From an uncultured delta proteobacterium (GTDB taxonomy: Bacteria; Desulfobacterota; Binatia; UBA9968), in the NCBI GenBank assembly GCA_963755715.1, contig CAVWLW010000059.1:32001-96000 (forward strand): a DNA stretch of 64,000 nucleotides. Reading direction: 5' to 3'. The translations under genes and the position numbers were made by a program. Within the stretch, counting starts at the first letter, position 1; each line of letters starts with the position of its first letter. This document shows positions 20,297-30,848 of this stretch, one piece after another. The notes beneath the pieces were generated by a model, which was given only the letters and a program-made list of their open reading frames with translations, had not been told where the DNA came from and searched no databases.

Positions 20297-21451
20297 TCAG
20301 TTGTACTTCTTCAGCACTTCTCGTGCGATCACCATGCGCATGACCTCGGAGGCGCCTTCGGTGATCATGCGGCTGCGCTGATCGACGAACCATTTCGCGA
20401 GTGGCAGATCCAAGGTCAAACCAATGCCACCGTGGATTTGCAGCACGCGATCGACGACGCGGAATGACATCTCGTCGGCGAACAGCTTGGCCATGTAAGC
20501 TTCGTTGCGAATGTCTTGTTTCTGGTCGTTCTTCCATGCCGCCTGATAGACCATCAAACGAGCGGCGTGCAGCTCGACGTACGAATCGGCCAGCTTGAAT
20601 GTAATGCCCTGCCGTTCCGACAGCGGCTTTCCGAAAGTGATTCGTTCTTTGGAATAGCGCGCGCCCATCTCGATGCAGCGCTCGGCAACACCTAAAGCGC
20701 GCGCGCCATGTTTCAGCCTGCCGATGCCGAGCCATTTTTGCGCTAGCTTGAATCCTTCGCCTTCTTTACCGACAAGATTTTCGACCGGGACTTTCATGTC
20801 GTCAAACGTAATATGCCAAGGTTCCTCGCCCATCATCGTCTTATATCGGGTCACGAGCGTCAGCCCCGGCGTTTTCATATCCACCATGAAGCAGGAAATA
20901 CCGCCGTGTGCACCTTTAGCTGGATCGGTCACGGCCATCAGTTGGCCGAAGCCGGCTTCACCGGCGCCGGTGATGAAGCGCTTGGTGCCATTGACAATAT
21001 AGTAGTCGCCTTGGCGTACGGCCCTGGTTTTCATCGAAGCCGGATCGGAGCCCGCGTCCGGCTCGGTCTGCATGAAGCAAAGCTTTTTCTCGCCGTTTCT
21101 AATCGGATCCAAAAAGCGTTTTTTCTGCTCGTCGTTCAAAGCGTAAAGGATCGGCCGGATTTCAGGCCCAAAGATGCCCTGACCGCGCGAGGGTAACGCC
21201 ACCGTGCGCGCCAATTCTTCCCACACCAACACCTGCGCCAAGCTCCCCAATCCGCCGCCGCCGTATTCTTCCGGCACATCGAACATCCACAAGCCCATCT
21301 CTTTGGTTTTCTTTTCCAGACGCTCGCGGATATCTGGTTTCAGTTCCATATTCTCGATCGTGTGCATCTCGACCGGAATGAGCTCCTTGTCGACAAACTT
21401 GCGCACCGTGTCTTTGAGCATCTGCAGTTCTTCAGGCAAATTGAAATCCAT
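20297..21451 (-). CDS. Acyl-CoA dehydrogenase
   Basis: 'TEPDAGSD', 'NGTKRFIT', 'R..FGKPL', 'LQIHGGIG', 'ITEGASEV'. Confidence 0.93.
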   Translation of the reverse strand: MDFNLPEELQMLKDTVRKFVDKELIPVEMHTIENMELKPDIRERLEKKTKEMGLWMFDVPEEYGGGGLGSLAQVLVWEELARTVALPSRGQGIFGPEIRPILYALNDEQKKRFLDPIRNGEKKLCFMQTEPDAGSDPASMKTRAVRQGDYYIVNGTKRFITGAGEAGFGQLMAVTDPAKGAHGGISCFMVDMKTPGLTLVTRYKTMMGEEPWHITFDDMKVPVENLVGKEGEGFKLAQKWLGIGRLKHGARALGVAERCIEMGARYSKERITFGKPLSERQGITFKLADSYVELHAARLMVYQAAWKNDQKQDIRNEAYMAKLFADEMSFRVVDRVLQIHGGIGLTLDLPLAKWFVDQRSRMITEGASEVMRMVIAREVLKKYN

Positions 21452-21466
21452 TCGTTTTCTCCGTGA

Positions 21467-21541
21467 AGTCCAGTAGCCAGAAGTCAGTATTCAGAATCCC
21501 CTTCGCTTTGCATTCTGACTTCTGAATTCTGATTTCTGACT
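21467..21541. repeat. Heptamer inverted-repeat hairpin (AGTCAGA/TCTGACT-like units)
   Basis: agtccagtagccagaagtcagtattcagaat...attctgacttctgaattctgatttctgact. Confidence 0.7.
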
Positions 21542-21548
21542 CATACTT

Positions 21549-22368
21549 CTACTTCTTTTCCTCAACCTTATACGAGCCGAGGCCCGGCCGGTATTCCTTA
21601 CGCGCGAACTGCTGCAGCCCCGGCCGCCCGCCGATCGCCGCTTTGGCCTTATCGGAAATCAAGCCGGAGATTTCGTAGGCGACGTCCGGATTGGAGTAGA
21701 AGGTGTAGTACCACGCTTCTTTGACGGCATTGAGCGCCGATGGCGCTTTCTCTTTCAGGTTGTTGGCGATGTCCATCACTTCCTTGTCTAAATCCGCGCG
21801 CGGCACCGCTTTGGTAATCAAGCCGATCCGCTCAGCCTCTTTCGCGTTCATGGTTTTTCCCGTGAGCGCATAATAGAGGCCGTGCTTGGGCTGTAAATGC
21901 TCGGTCAAGACGATCGTCACTTCGCCGCCGGGAAAATGACCGAAGTTGACTTCCGAGAGACCGAATTGCACGTCGTCCGCCGCGATCGCGATATCGCAAC
22001 CGGTGACCACCGTGAAGCCGCCGCCGAATACCCAGCCGTTGATCTTGGCAATCACCGGCTGCGGCATTTTGCGCAGGATCTCGTTGCGCCACTGGCGCGA
22101 TTTCTCCCGCACCTCGTCGCGCACGCGCTCCGGTTGCGAATCCATCTCGATAAAATACTGCTTCAAATCCTGCCCGGCGCAAAAGCTCTCCCCTGCTCCG
22201 GTGATGATGATCACGCGGGTCTCCTTGTCATATTGCAGATCGGTTCAAGCAATCGTACATCTCCCGGTGCAACTGCGGGCTCATCGCGTTGCGCTTCTCG
22301 GGACGATTCAACGTGACCGTCGTCACGCCGTCTTTGTTGTCGACCAATAAAGTCTGATAGTTTGCCAT
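21549..22368 (-). CDS. p-Hydroxycinnamoyl-CoA hydratase/lyase-like crotonase, frameshifted near 22246
   Basis: N-terminus 'TLNRPEKRNAMSPQLH' out of frame with 'TGAGESFCAGQDLKQYF', 'FGLSEVNFG' and 'GLQQF...YRPGLGSY'. Confidence 0.75.
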
Positions 22369-22470
22369 TGCCATTCCTCCTTCAAAATATTGTCGAATAA
22401 TTACTTCCTCGTCCTACTCCGTTCTAAGCAAAACTGTCAACGACTAGCGACGCGACAAGTTTGTTCTCGC

Positions 22471-22544
22471 TGTCATCCTGAGCAGAGCGAAGGATCTCGT
22501 CCCGATTCTAAGCCCAGATTCTTCGGCGTTGCCTCAGAATGACA
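22471..22544. repeat. GTCA-type palindromic element
   Basis: tgtcatcctgagcagagcgaaggatct...cctcagaatgaca. Confidence 0.75.
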
Positions 22545-22566
22545 TCCATCGGTCAAATAAGATGGC

Positions 22567-23601
22567 TTAGCGCCGGACCAAGTCCCTGAGCAATTTCTTC
22601 CAGTGGTCCTCGGCTTTCTCGTATTGTTCGAGCGTGTAGCCTTTCTCCGGGTACCAGCGCTTGAAGCCATAGTTCTTGGTCGAGGTCGCGAAGCGGAACT
22701 TTTCTTCAAATATCTTTTGCCCTTCGGGACTGAGTAGAAAGTCTATAAACATAAGCGCCGCGTATGGATTGTTGGCTGCCGTGGGCAGGGCAACGCCGCC
22801 GGCGTTGGTCGGATTAAGATCCATCGGCATCCATTCGGTCGGCGCGCCCTTCGGCTTGCCTGAAAGCACGTGATTGCGAAAGATGGAGATCGACATCGGC
22901 ATCTCACCGGCCGCCATCAACTCATGCATCGCGCCGCCGGAAATCATATGCATCTGAATATCCAGCCCGCGCAATTGTTTGATGTACTCTTCGCCTTTGG
23001 CCTTGATCATCGCGCCGATGAAGCGCACTCCCGTGGTGTCGCCGCTGACGGCGATCTTGCCTTTGTATTCCGGCTTGGCTAACTCGGTAAAATTCTTCGG
23101 CACGTCGGCGGCGCGAATTAGGTTGCGATTGTAACCCAAGCCGACAATCGACTCGCGGTCCGTCGTCCAGAACACTCTTCCTTTGTCGGCCTCTTCCTTC
23201 GCGTCGTCGGGGAACTGCGCTAAATGCGGCGAAAAGTACGGTGAGAGCATCTTGTTTTCGCGCATCATCATCAGCGTCGCCGGGGTGGTCTCGATCAAGT
23301 CGGCGATGCTGCGCTTGGACTGCGCTTCGGTGATCAGCCGGCGCGTCAGATCGTTGGGCCCGGCGCGATACGTTTCAACTTTGATGCCCGGATATTTCGC
23401 CTCGAAAACGTTGGCGATATCGCGATGCGCGGTGAGGCTCGTGTACCAGACGAGCTTGCCTTCCTTCTTTGCCCCGGCCTTGAGCATCTCTTCTCGATCC
23501 GCGCCGCGATAGTTAGCGAGATCGGCAACCGATTTCGTTTGCGCGCCAGCTGGCGAGGCTGCGCAAAACCAGTAAACGAGCATGAGAACTAGGAGTGGCA
23601 T
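22567..23601 (-). CDS. Extracellular solute-binding protein (AfuA/iron-thiamine-like ABC family)
   Basis: 'GAKKEGKLVWYTS', 'FEAKYPGIKVE', 'AALMFIDFLLSPEGQK'. Confidence 0.85.
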   Translation of the reverse strand: MPLLVLMLVYWFCAASPAGAQTKSVADLANYRGADREEMLKAGAKKEGKLVWYTSLTAHRDIANVFEAKYPGIKVETYRAGPNDLTRRLITEAQSKRSIADLIETTPATLMMMRENKMLSPYFSPHLAQFPDDAKEEADKGRVFWTTDRESIVGLGYNRNLIRAADVPKNFTELAKPEYKGKIAVSGDTTGVRFIGAMIKAKGEEYIKQLRGLDIQMHMISGGAMHELMAAGEMPMSISIFRNHVLSGKPKGAPTEWMPMDLNPTNAGGVALPTAANNPYAALMFIDFLLSPEGQKIFEEKFRFATSTKNYGFKRWYPEKGYTLEQYEKAEDHWKKLLRDLVRR

Positions 23602-23659
23602 CTTCTACTCCCTAAAATCTTTCCCACCCAATATTCTACCACTCCACGCCACTCCCATC

Positions 23660-26038
23660 TCACTCCAGCACCCCGTCGCGCTTGTGCGCGGCGATCGTCG
23701 CTTCGTCGTAGCCGACCACGTCGCGCAGCACGGCTTCGGTATCGCGGCCGAGCACCGGAAACTCCCAGCGCCGTGTCAGCTTCGCGTTGGCGAAGTGCAG
23801 AGGAAAATTCGGCAGGACGACGCGGCCGAGCCGCGGATTATCCACCGCGACTACGAAGCCGCGTTCTTTTAGTTGGGGATCGTTGGTCAGATCCTCGCCG
23901 GTTTGCACCGCCCCGCCTGGGATACCAGCTTTTTGTAATTGATCGCGCAGGGCAAAGGCATCTTGATCTTGGGTCCATTGCGCAATGATAGCATTGAGGG
24001 CTGCGCTGTTTTTCAGTCTCTCCGCGTTGGTTTTGAAACGTTGATCCTGCCCGATTCCCCCACCAATAAGCTGAGCCAACGCCGTCCACTGCGCTTCGTT
24101 TTCGGCGGCGATCACGCACCAGCGGTCTTCGCCTTTGCACGGGTAGCAATCATGCGGCGCGATGGCAATCGATGCATTGCCGACCGGCTCGGGATCTTTG
24201 CCCGTCGACGCCGCTTCCATCAAATTCGCGCCGATCATGAACGCCGTCGCTTCGGATTGCGCCAGGTCGATGAACGCGCCCTTCTTGTGCCGATCGCGAT
24301 GAAGCACGCCGGAAATAATAATAATCGCGCACAACGTCCCGGAAACGTAGTCCGGAAACACCGTCTGCGAGCCGATCGGCGGATGGGTATTGCCGGGATG
24401 ATTCCACATGTAAGTGAGCCCGGTAAATGACGTAATGTTCACGCCGACGGTCGAGAAATGGCGCTTGGGTCCGGTGGTGCCGAGGCCGGGCATGCGCAGG
24501 TTGACGATATCCGGCTTCACTCTGCACAGTTGGTCGTAAGACAAGCCGATGCGCTCGACTACGTCGACACTGTAGTTATCGAGCACGGCGTCTGCCTTCG
24601 CGACCAGGTCATGCAGCACACCCTGGCCCTTGGGATGTTTGAGATTGACCGTAAAAGAACGCTTGTTGCGGTTGAATTCGAGAAAGCGCGGCGAAAGATT
24701 CGGATCTTCGCCGGTGCCGAAAAAACGAAACGGATCCATGCCGCCCTTACTCGATTCGATCTTGAACACGTCAGCGCCCAATTCGGCGAGGATCGTCGTG
24801 CCGTAGGGCCCGGCGAGCACATGGTCGAAGCTGACGATGCGCATGCCGTCGAGGGGACCATTATCGCTATTCGGGGCGAAGGTCGTTTTGGTCGGTGCGA
24901 CTCGCTTCACGCTGCTATCGCGCCAGCTATCGAGCGGCGGCACGCTGCCCACTGCCGGCCGTGCGCCATCGATAACAAATGGCATCGCCGGCTGCCGCGT
25001 GCTGCCGAATCCGGCGTGCTCCACCGGCGCCATAAAACCGCGTCCGCGCACGTGCTCGTCGTTGGCAAACCCCATCGGCGTATTGACCGGCACGCAGGGA
25101 ATACCTTTCGCCTGCAACAGATCGGTGATCTCCGCCATGGTAAATTTGCCGATGAAAGCCTCGACCGCCGGATTGAGCTCATCGGCATGAGCTCTGCGAT
25201 AGACATTATTGAGCCAGTCCGGCGCATCGAACACCGCCGCATGATCTTTCCACACGCTGAGGAACAGTTTCCAATGCTGCCGCGTCACGTAAAGATAAAC
25301 GAAGCCGTCGCGACACTGGAAAATTTTCGCCGGCGCCACCGAGCCATGCTGGCTGCCGGCGCGCTTGAGAACCTGTTTTTCATTGGCCCACAGTCGGATG
25401 ATGTGCTCCTGCGTCGCTAGCGTCTCCTGCATCGACGCGTCGATGTGATCGCCTTGGCCCGTGCGCTCGCGCCGGTAAAGCGCGGCGAGCAAACCGGCCG
25501 TGGCAAACAAGCTCGCGAAATAGTAGGCCTGGGTTTCCGGCGGCTTGCATGGCGCCAGAGACGGGTCTCCCGAAATGTATAAGAACCCGCTTTCCGCCAG
25601 TGCGACGAGATCGTTGCACGCGTAGTTTTTCTTGGGTCCGGTTTGACCGAACGCGCTGATCGATGCCATCACGATGCCCGGATTGATCGCGGCGAGATCT
25701 TTGTAACCGAGCCCTTTGGCGTCCAACTCGCCCGGCTGAAAACTTTCGATCACCACGTCCGCAGTTTCAACCAATTGGCGCAACGCGGCGCGTCCCGCAT
25801 CGGTTTCCAAGTCGAGGACCTTGCTCGCTTTGCCCGCGTTCAGATGGGCGAACGTCGTGCTCAGTAATTTTCCGTCGGCAGATTTGACGAAGGGCGCCAG
25901 GTTGCGCACCGGGTCGCCGCCGGGCGGTTCGATCTTGATGACTTCCATGCCCAAATCGGCGAGCAGCCGCCCGCAGAGTTGGCCGCTCAAATCAGTCAAA
26001 TCCAATGCTCTAAAACCTTTGAGAAACTCTCCGCTCAT
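23660..26038 (-). CDS. Family III CoA transferase (CaiB/BaiF), two fused domains
   Basis: Two repeats of the family signature: 'LADLGMEVIKIEPPGGD...NAGK' and 'LAELGADVFKIES...NRNKRS'. Confidence 0.9.
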   Translation of the reverse strand: MSGEFLKGFRALDLTDLSGQLCGRLLADLGMEVIKIEPPGGDPVRNLAPFVKSADGKLLSTTFAHLNAGKASKVLDLETDAGRAALRQLVETADVVIESFQPGELDAKGLGYKDLAAINPGIVMASISAFGQTGPKKNYACNDLVALAESGFLYISGDPSLAPCKPPETQAYYFASLFATAGLLAALYRRERTGQGDHIDASMQETLATQEHIIRLWANEKQVLKRAGSQHGSVAPAKIFQCRDGFVYLYVTRQHWKLFLSVWKDHAAVFDAPDWLNNVYRRAHADELNPAVEAFIGKFTMAEITDLLQAKGIPCVPVNTPMGFANDEHVRGRGFMAPVEHAGFGSTRQPAMPFVIDGARPAVGSVPPLDSWRDSSVKRVAPTKTTFAPNSDNGPLDGMRIVSFDHVLAGPYGTTILAELGADVFKIESSKGGMDPFRFFGTGEDPNLSPRFLEFNRNKRSFTVNLKHPKGQGVLHDLVAKADAVLDNYSVDVVERIGLSYDQLCRVKPDIVNLRMPGLGTTGPKRHFSTVGVNITSFTGLTYMWNHPGNTHPPIGSQTVFPDYVSGTLCAIIIISGVLHRDRHKKGAFIDLAQSEATAFMIGANLMEAASTGKDPEPVGNASIAIAPHDCYPCKGEDRWCVIAAENEAQWTALAQLIGGGIGQDQRFKTNAERLKNSAALNAIIAQWTQDQDAFALRDQLQKAGIPGGAVQTGEDLTNDPQLKERGFVVAVDNPRLGRVVLPNFPLHFANAKLTRRWEFPVLGRDTEAVLRDVVGYDEATIAAHKRDGVLE

Positions 26039-26110
26039 AGCTCTTCTTTCGAATCTCCTTTTTGTAATAGTGCTGTCATTTCGAGCGGAAGCGAGAAATC
26101 TTTCTCGATT

Positions 26111-27238
26111 TTACGCTCCCACGTATCGGCTGCGCATGTCGTTCAGAATCTGCGCCGCTTCTGAAACCATGCGTTCGACGATCTCCCTGGCGGGGACGTT
26201 GTTGCGCTGCTCGCTCAACATTCCGGCAACCTGTCCGCCGGGAACATGCAAGAGATCGACGCGATTCGCCGCTTCGGCCGCGCGTCGCACTTCGTCCATC
26301 GCGTTGCCCTGGTAAGGCGTGGGCATCGCCTCAAGCCCCGAGCTCATCCAGGCCTTGATAACATCACTGCGATAGTGGCGCGCGAAGTGGCCACTGGTGT
26401 AGGCGGTACGGACAAAGTCTTCCGAAGTGCCATTAAGAATCTGCTTTTTGTAAATCGGATTGATACCGCCCTCTTGCGTCACCAAGAATGTCGTACCGCA
26501 CCAGACACCCACCGCGCCCAAGGCCAGTGCCGCCGCCACGCCGCGCCCATCGGAAATACCACCGGCGGCGACCACGGGTTTCGGTCTCACCGCGTCGACG
26601 ATCTGCGGAATCAAGGGAAAGTTGCCGATGGTTCCGGTGTGGCCACCCGCTTCATAGCCTTGGGCAATAATTACATCGGCGCCTTTGCGCGCATGGCTGA
26701 GCGCATGCTTGACCGCGCCGGCGAGCGCCATGACTTTGATGCCGCGCTCGTGCGCTAGGGGCACCACCTCGGCGGTATCGCCCAAGCCGATGATCAGAAT
26801 CGGCACCTTCTCTTCAAGAATCACCCTGAGCTGCTCGCGCGTAGCCGCGGGCGTTTTCACCCAGCTCTTTCGGTCCGGCGGCTGCGGCGTCAAGCCGAGT
26901 TTAGGAATCAACTCATCGTTGAACTTGGCGTGCTTGGGAAATTTTTCTTGGATCTCTTTGTGCACTTCGTCGGGGTCGGGAATTCTCACATCTTCCATTT
27001 TCGGCAGCGTGATATCGACGCCGAAGGGCTTGTCCGTCAGTTGCCGCACCGCGCGGATACGTTCGCGGATGACTTCGGGTCGGATCGAACTGCCGCCGAT
27101 GCAGCCCAAGCCACCGGCATTCGACACCGCGGCGACCAGCGCCGGCGGGGTCGTCAACCCTTCTTTGTCCCAGCCCATGCCGGCTTGGATGATGGGATAT
27201 TTGATATTCAGCAAATCACATAACGGCGTGTACAGCAT
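26111..27238 (-). CDS. Nitronate monooxygenase / FabK-like flavoprotein
   Basis: 'PIIQAGM', 'AAVSNAGGLG', 'QGYEAGGH', 'AAGGISDGRG'. Confidence 0.88.
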   Translation of the reverse strand: MLYTPLCDLLNIKYPIIQAGMGWDKEGLTTPPALVAAVSNAGGLGCIGGSSIRPEVIRERIRAVRQLTDKPFGVDITLPKMEDVRIPDPDEVHKEIQEKFPKHAKFNDELIPKLGLTPQPPDRKSWVKTPAATREQLRVILEEKVPILIIGLGDTAEVVPLAHERGIKVMALAGAVKHALSHARKGADVIIAQGYEAGGHTGTIGNFPLIPQIVDAVRPKPVVAAGGISDGRGVAAALALGAVGVWCGTTFLVTQEGGINPIYKKQILNGTSEDFVRTAYTSGHFARHYRSDVIKAWMSSGLEAMPTPYQGNAMDEVRRAAEAANRVDLLHVPGGQVAGMLSEQRNNVPAREIVERMVSEAAQILNDMRSRYVGA

Positions 27239-27258
27239 AGTCAAATCTCCCGAGAATT

Positions 27259-27364
27259 AGTGCTGAGTTCTGAGTCCTGAGTGCTGAGTTTCGGAAGATG
27301 GCAGCAGCCCGTCTCGCCTGTTCTGCCTTTCTTGCTCAGCACTCAGCACTCGTTACTCAGGACT
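27259..27364. repeat. Heptamer inverted-repeat hairpin (AGTGCTG/CAGCACT units)
   Basis: agtgctgagttctgagtcctgagtgctgag...ctcagcactcagcactcgttactcaggact, abutting a stop codon. Confidence 0.8.
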
Positions 27365-28183
27365 CTATTTCTTCCGATCCTCCGGCTTCACATAGCCGGT
27401 CGTGCCGCCGCCTTTCTGCGAGTGCAGATAGCCTTCCACGTCGTTGAGCGGGTTGGTGTAGTAGCGCATGCGGTGCGAAACCAAATCGTCTGTCTTGAGC
27501 GCGGTCAGAAAATCCATGTCTTTCTGCATGTACGCGGCGATCTTCGCGCTTTCCAAGGTCACGGCGTTACGGCTGCCCAATTCTTTGGCCAGCTGTTCGA
27601 CGTTCGCCACCAACTGATCGTCTGGCACGACCTCGGAGACGAGCCCGATCCGCTCGGCTTGGGCCGCGGTTAGATTCCGCCCTGTGAGCTGAATGTAAAA
27701 CGCCTTCTTGATCGGAATGCCGCTGTGAAACAACGTCGAGGTCGCCACCGCGCCGTAGCTGCCGCGGATCACTTCCGGCATGCCGAACTTCGCCGACTCC
27801 GCTGCGATGCAGAGATCGTGGCCGTTGATCAGCGCCAAACCGCCGCCGAGACACCAACCTCGCACCGCGGCGACCGTAACCTGGGGCATATTGCGCAGCA
27901 CTCGCACGATTTCGTAAGTCGTTCCAGCGTGATCCCAGGCCCGTTTGCGCTTCCACGAATCGCGCAGATCGTAAAGATCGAGTCCGGAAGAATAAGAGTC
28001 GCCCGAGCCGGTCGTCACGACGCATTTGATCTTGTCGTTCTCAGCCAACTCCTTCAGTGCCGCGATCAACTCCGCCATGAATTTTTGGCTCATGGCATTT
28101 TTCTTTTCCGGCCGGTTAAACGTCAGCCACGCAACACCAGCCTCCGCGTCAATCTTCTGTAGAACAGTCGTCAATTCCGCCAT
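27365..28183 (-). CDS. Enoyl-CoA hydratase/isomerase family protein
   Basis: 'LTFNRPEKKNAMS', 'GWCLGGG', 'KFGMPEV'. Confidence 0.88.
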   Translation of the reverse strand: MAELTTVLQKIDAEAGVAWLTFNRPEKKNAMSQKFMAELIAALKELAENDKIKCVVTTGSGDSYSSGLDLYDLRDSWKRKRAWDHAGTTYEIVRVLRNMPQVTVAAVRGWCLGGGLALINGHDLCIAAESAKFGMPEVIRGSYGAVATSTLFHSGIPIKKAFYIQLTGRNLTAAQAERIGLVSEVVPDDQLVANVEQLAKELGSRNAVTLESAKIAAYMQKDMDFLTALKTDDLVSHRMRYYTNPLNDVEGYLHSQKGGGTTGYVKPEDRKK

Positions 28184-28270
28184 AAACATCCTCCAAATAT
28201 CTATCGTGATCCCTATCAGAACTAAAGGTGAATCATCAAACGGCGCGCGCGGCTCGACGCAAAAATAACG

Positions 28271-29236
28271 TTAAAGCCACTTGGCCTTGCGAAAGCGGTA
28301 AAACAAATAGAGATCGATCACGGCCATGGAAATCAACGAAACCGGATAACCGTGCTCCCACTGTATCTCCGGCATGTGCTCGAAGTTCATGCCGTAAATC
28401 CCCGCGATGAGTGTCGGCACGGCGACAAGTGCGGCGTACGCCGCGAGGCGCTTGGTCACCTCATTTTCTTGCAGCGTAATCAATGACAAGCTGACCGAGA
28501 TCGCCGTCGTCACCATGTCGCGCAGACTATCGATCGATTGGTTCAGCCGCACCAGATGGTCCGACACGTCCCTGAAATAATCCTGCAAACTGGCGCAGAG
28601 CTGCGGTACTCGACCGCCATGCAACCTGTTCATGGCCTCCAGCAGCGGCTCCGTAGCATGTCTCAGGATCATCAATTTCTGCTTGATAGAGTAAAGCGCT
28701 TCGATGCTTGCCCGCTCGGTCTGTTTCGCAAAGATCCGCTCCTCGACTCCTTCCAATTCCGTGGATATGGCATCGAGCACGGGAAAATAGCGGTCCACCA
28801 CCGCGTCCATCAAAGCATAAAGCACGTAGGCCGAGCCGTGACGCAGCAATTCCGGCTCCTCCTCGCATCGCTTGCGTACCTCGACAAATCCTTGTTTCGC
28901 CCGTTGACGCACCGAAAGAACGTAATTGCTGCCGACGAAGATACACACCTCGCCGACGCTGAGCTCCTCGCTGCCGTTCTCGATCATATGCAGCACGACG
29001 AAGAGCGATTGGCCGTACTCGTCGATTTTCGGCCGTTGATGTCCCTGGTGCGCGTCCTCGACGGCAAGATCGTGCAAGCCGAATTCCGCCTGCATCGCTT
29101 CTAGCTCGGCGCCGTCAGGATCCTTGAGAGCCACCCAAACAAAACAGCCGGGCTCATTTATAAACAGATGAATCTGACCGACGGGTACGTCGGCCACCTT
29201 CTTGCCGTCTTGATAAGCAACGCAGTTGATGAGCAA
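28271..29236 (-). CDS. corA: Magnesium/cobalt transporter CorA
   Basis: 'HQRPKIDEY', 'GIYGMNFEHMPE' (GMN motif), two C-terminal TM helices. Confidence 0.92.
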   Translation of the reverse strand: MLINCVAYQDGKKVADVPVGQIHLFINEPGCFVWVALKDPDGAELEAMQAEFGLHDLAVEDAHQGHQRPKIDEYGQSLFVVLHMIENGSEELSVGEVCIFVGSNYVLSVRQRAKQGFVEVRKRCEEEPELLRHGSAYVLYALMDAVVDRYFPVLDAISTELEGVEERIFAKQTERASIEALYSIKQKLMILRHATEPLLEAMNRLHGGRVPQLCASLQDYFRDVSDHLVRLNQSIDSLRDMVTTAISVSLSLITLQENEVTKRLAAYAALVAVPTLIAGIYGMNFEHMPEIQWEHGYPVSLISMAVIDLYLFYRFRKAKWL

Positions 29237-29273
29237 GAGGTAACCCCTTAGATACTAGATAGCGCTGCCAAGA

Positions 29274-29726
29274 TTAACGCTTTTCAATATTGGCGATATC
29301 CATCATGTCCCGTTGGCCGCCGTTGCGATACAGTCGTTTGCCTTTGCGCGGATAATCGACCACATCCTGAGGCAACCGTTGACCGATCACGAGACAGACC
29401 AGCGGCTCGGTGCCGTCGTTGACGGTTTCATGAGCGGGCCCGCCCGCCGGGAGGCCGATGAAATCCCCGGGTCCGATCTTGTGCGATTCGTCTCCGATCA
29501 CTTCCGTGCCGTGACCCGACAAAACATAAATCGCCTCGTCCTCATATTTATGCGCATGAAACTCCGTCGACTTGTCGCCCGGCGCGATCGAGATCAGATG
29601 AATCCCTATGTTCTTTAGACCCGCCTCATCGCCGAGCGATTTGTCCACCCGAATCGCAGCCGGATTGAGGTTGTGAACGCGACGAACGCCTGCCATGGCG
29701 GCAATCTTTTCAGCGGATACGTACAT
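29274..29726 (-). CDS. Cupin domain protein
   Basis: 'HAHKYEDEAIYVLSG', 'GDFIG..AHETVN', 'DVVDYP'. Confidence 0.85.
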   Translation of the reverse strand: MYVSAEKIAAMAGVRRVHNLNPAAIRVDKSLGDEAGLKNIGIHLISIAPGDKSTEFHAHKYEDEAIYVLSGHGTEVIGDESHKIGPGDFIGLPAGGPAHETVNDGTEPLVCLVIGQRLPQDVVDYPRKGKRLYRNGGQRDMMDIANIEKR

Positions 29727-29752
29727 GAGCACCTCCTGTATTGAATATTTTC

Positions 29753-29837
29753 CTGTCATCTCGAGCACAGCGAGAGATCTTTCCGAGTCTGCTGCACCCT
29801 CGCCAAGAAAGATTTCTCACTTCGTTCGAAATGACAG
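29753..29837. repeat. GTCA-type palindromic element
   Basis: ctgtcatctcgagcacagcgagagatct...ttcgaaatgacag; half copy at 26074-26101. Confidence 0.75.
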
Positions 29838-29906
29838 CGTCGGCAATCAGTTCCAGCACAGCCAAACGGCTTGAACGATTTGAACGGCTGGAACGTTTTG
29901 AACGAC

Positions 29907-30776
29907 CTAGTCCCCATTCAACAAAAACGGCACGACGATCTCCGCCAACTCTTCCGGCTTCTCGTGCGGAATGTGATGGCCGGCGCCTTCGACCGGGACG
30001 ATCTTCGCGTTGGGAAAAAGCTGGGCGCGGTGACCGCGCACCGATTTCATGAAATCGCTCTCGGTGCCGTAGACAAACAGGATCGGACACTTGAGGCGCC
30101 GGATGAAAGCTTCGATTTGTCCCTCGGACATCGCCGTCGTCGTCCGGTAGCGCAGGATCGGATCATGCTTCCAGCGATATCTTCCGCCTTTATAGCTCGT
30201 ACCGTGGTGCGCCATGTGCAGCGCCGCTTGATCAGGAATCAGTGGAAAAGTTTTCTGCAGAGACTTGGCAGCGGATTCCAGCGAGTCGTGCGGAAAAGGA
30301 ATCTCGACATAATCCCTTCCTTTCAAGCGCTCGGCAATGATGTCCGGGACTTCATCGTCGGCACGGGCGAACGGGCCGAGCGATTCCAGCAAAACCAGGC
30401 TCTTCACTTTTTCCGGAAACGCCGCGGCGTAAAGCAAACACATGCTGCCGCCGAGCGAATGACCGACAATCGTCAACAGTTCTTTGTCTAGGTGCTTGAC
30501 TAAGCCGGCCAGGTCGGTGAGGAAATCTTCATGTTGATAGCCCCGACCCGAGGTTGGCCATTCACTATCGCCATGCCCGCGCAAATCGAGCGCCACCGCG
30601 TGTTGGATCGGCACACCGCGCTTGAGCAACGCCTCGAGAAAGTGATCCCAACTGCGCCCTTGATCGCGCACGCCGTGCACGAAAACGTAAGTCTCCTCCT
30701 TCGGATCGCCCCATTCCCAATAATGTAATCTCAAGCCATCATGATCAAAATATCGTCGTCTCGGTTCCAAATTCAT
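29907..30776 (-). CDS. Alpha/beta hydrolase
   Basis: 'FVHG', 'DLRGHGDS', nucleophile elbow 'GHSLGG', 'GAGHHIPHEKP'. Confidence 0.9.
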   Translation of the reverse strand: MNLEPRRRYFDHDGLRLHYWEWGDPKEETYVFVHGVRDQGRSWDHFLEALLKRGVPIQHAVALDLRGHGDSEWPTSGRGYQHEDFLTDLAGLVKHLDKELLTIVGHSLGGSMCLLYAAAFPEKVKSLVLLESLGPFARADDEVPDIIAERLKGRDYVEIPFPHDSLESAAKSLQKTFPLIPDQAALHMAHHGTSYKGGRYRWKHDPILRYRTTTAMSEGQIEAFIRRLKCPILFVYGTESDFMKSVRGHRAQLFPNAKIVPVEGAGHHIPHEKPEELAEIVVPFLLNGD

Positions 30777-30848
30777 GATTCTTTCGTCGCTGCCTTTCCT
30801 GTTGGATATCTGAGTTGAATCCGTCCACCGGATTTTTCTTGCTCATGC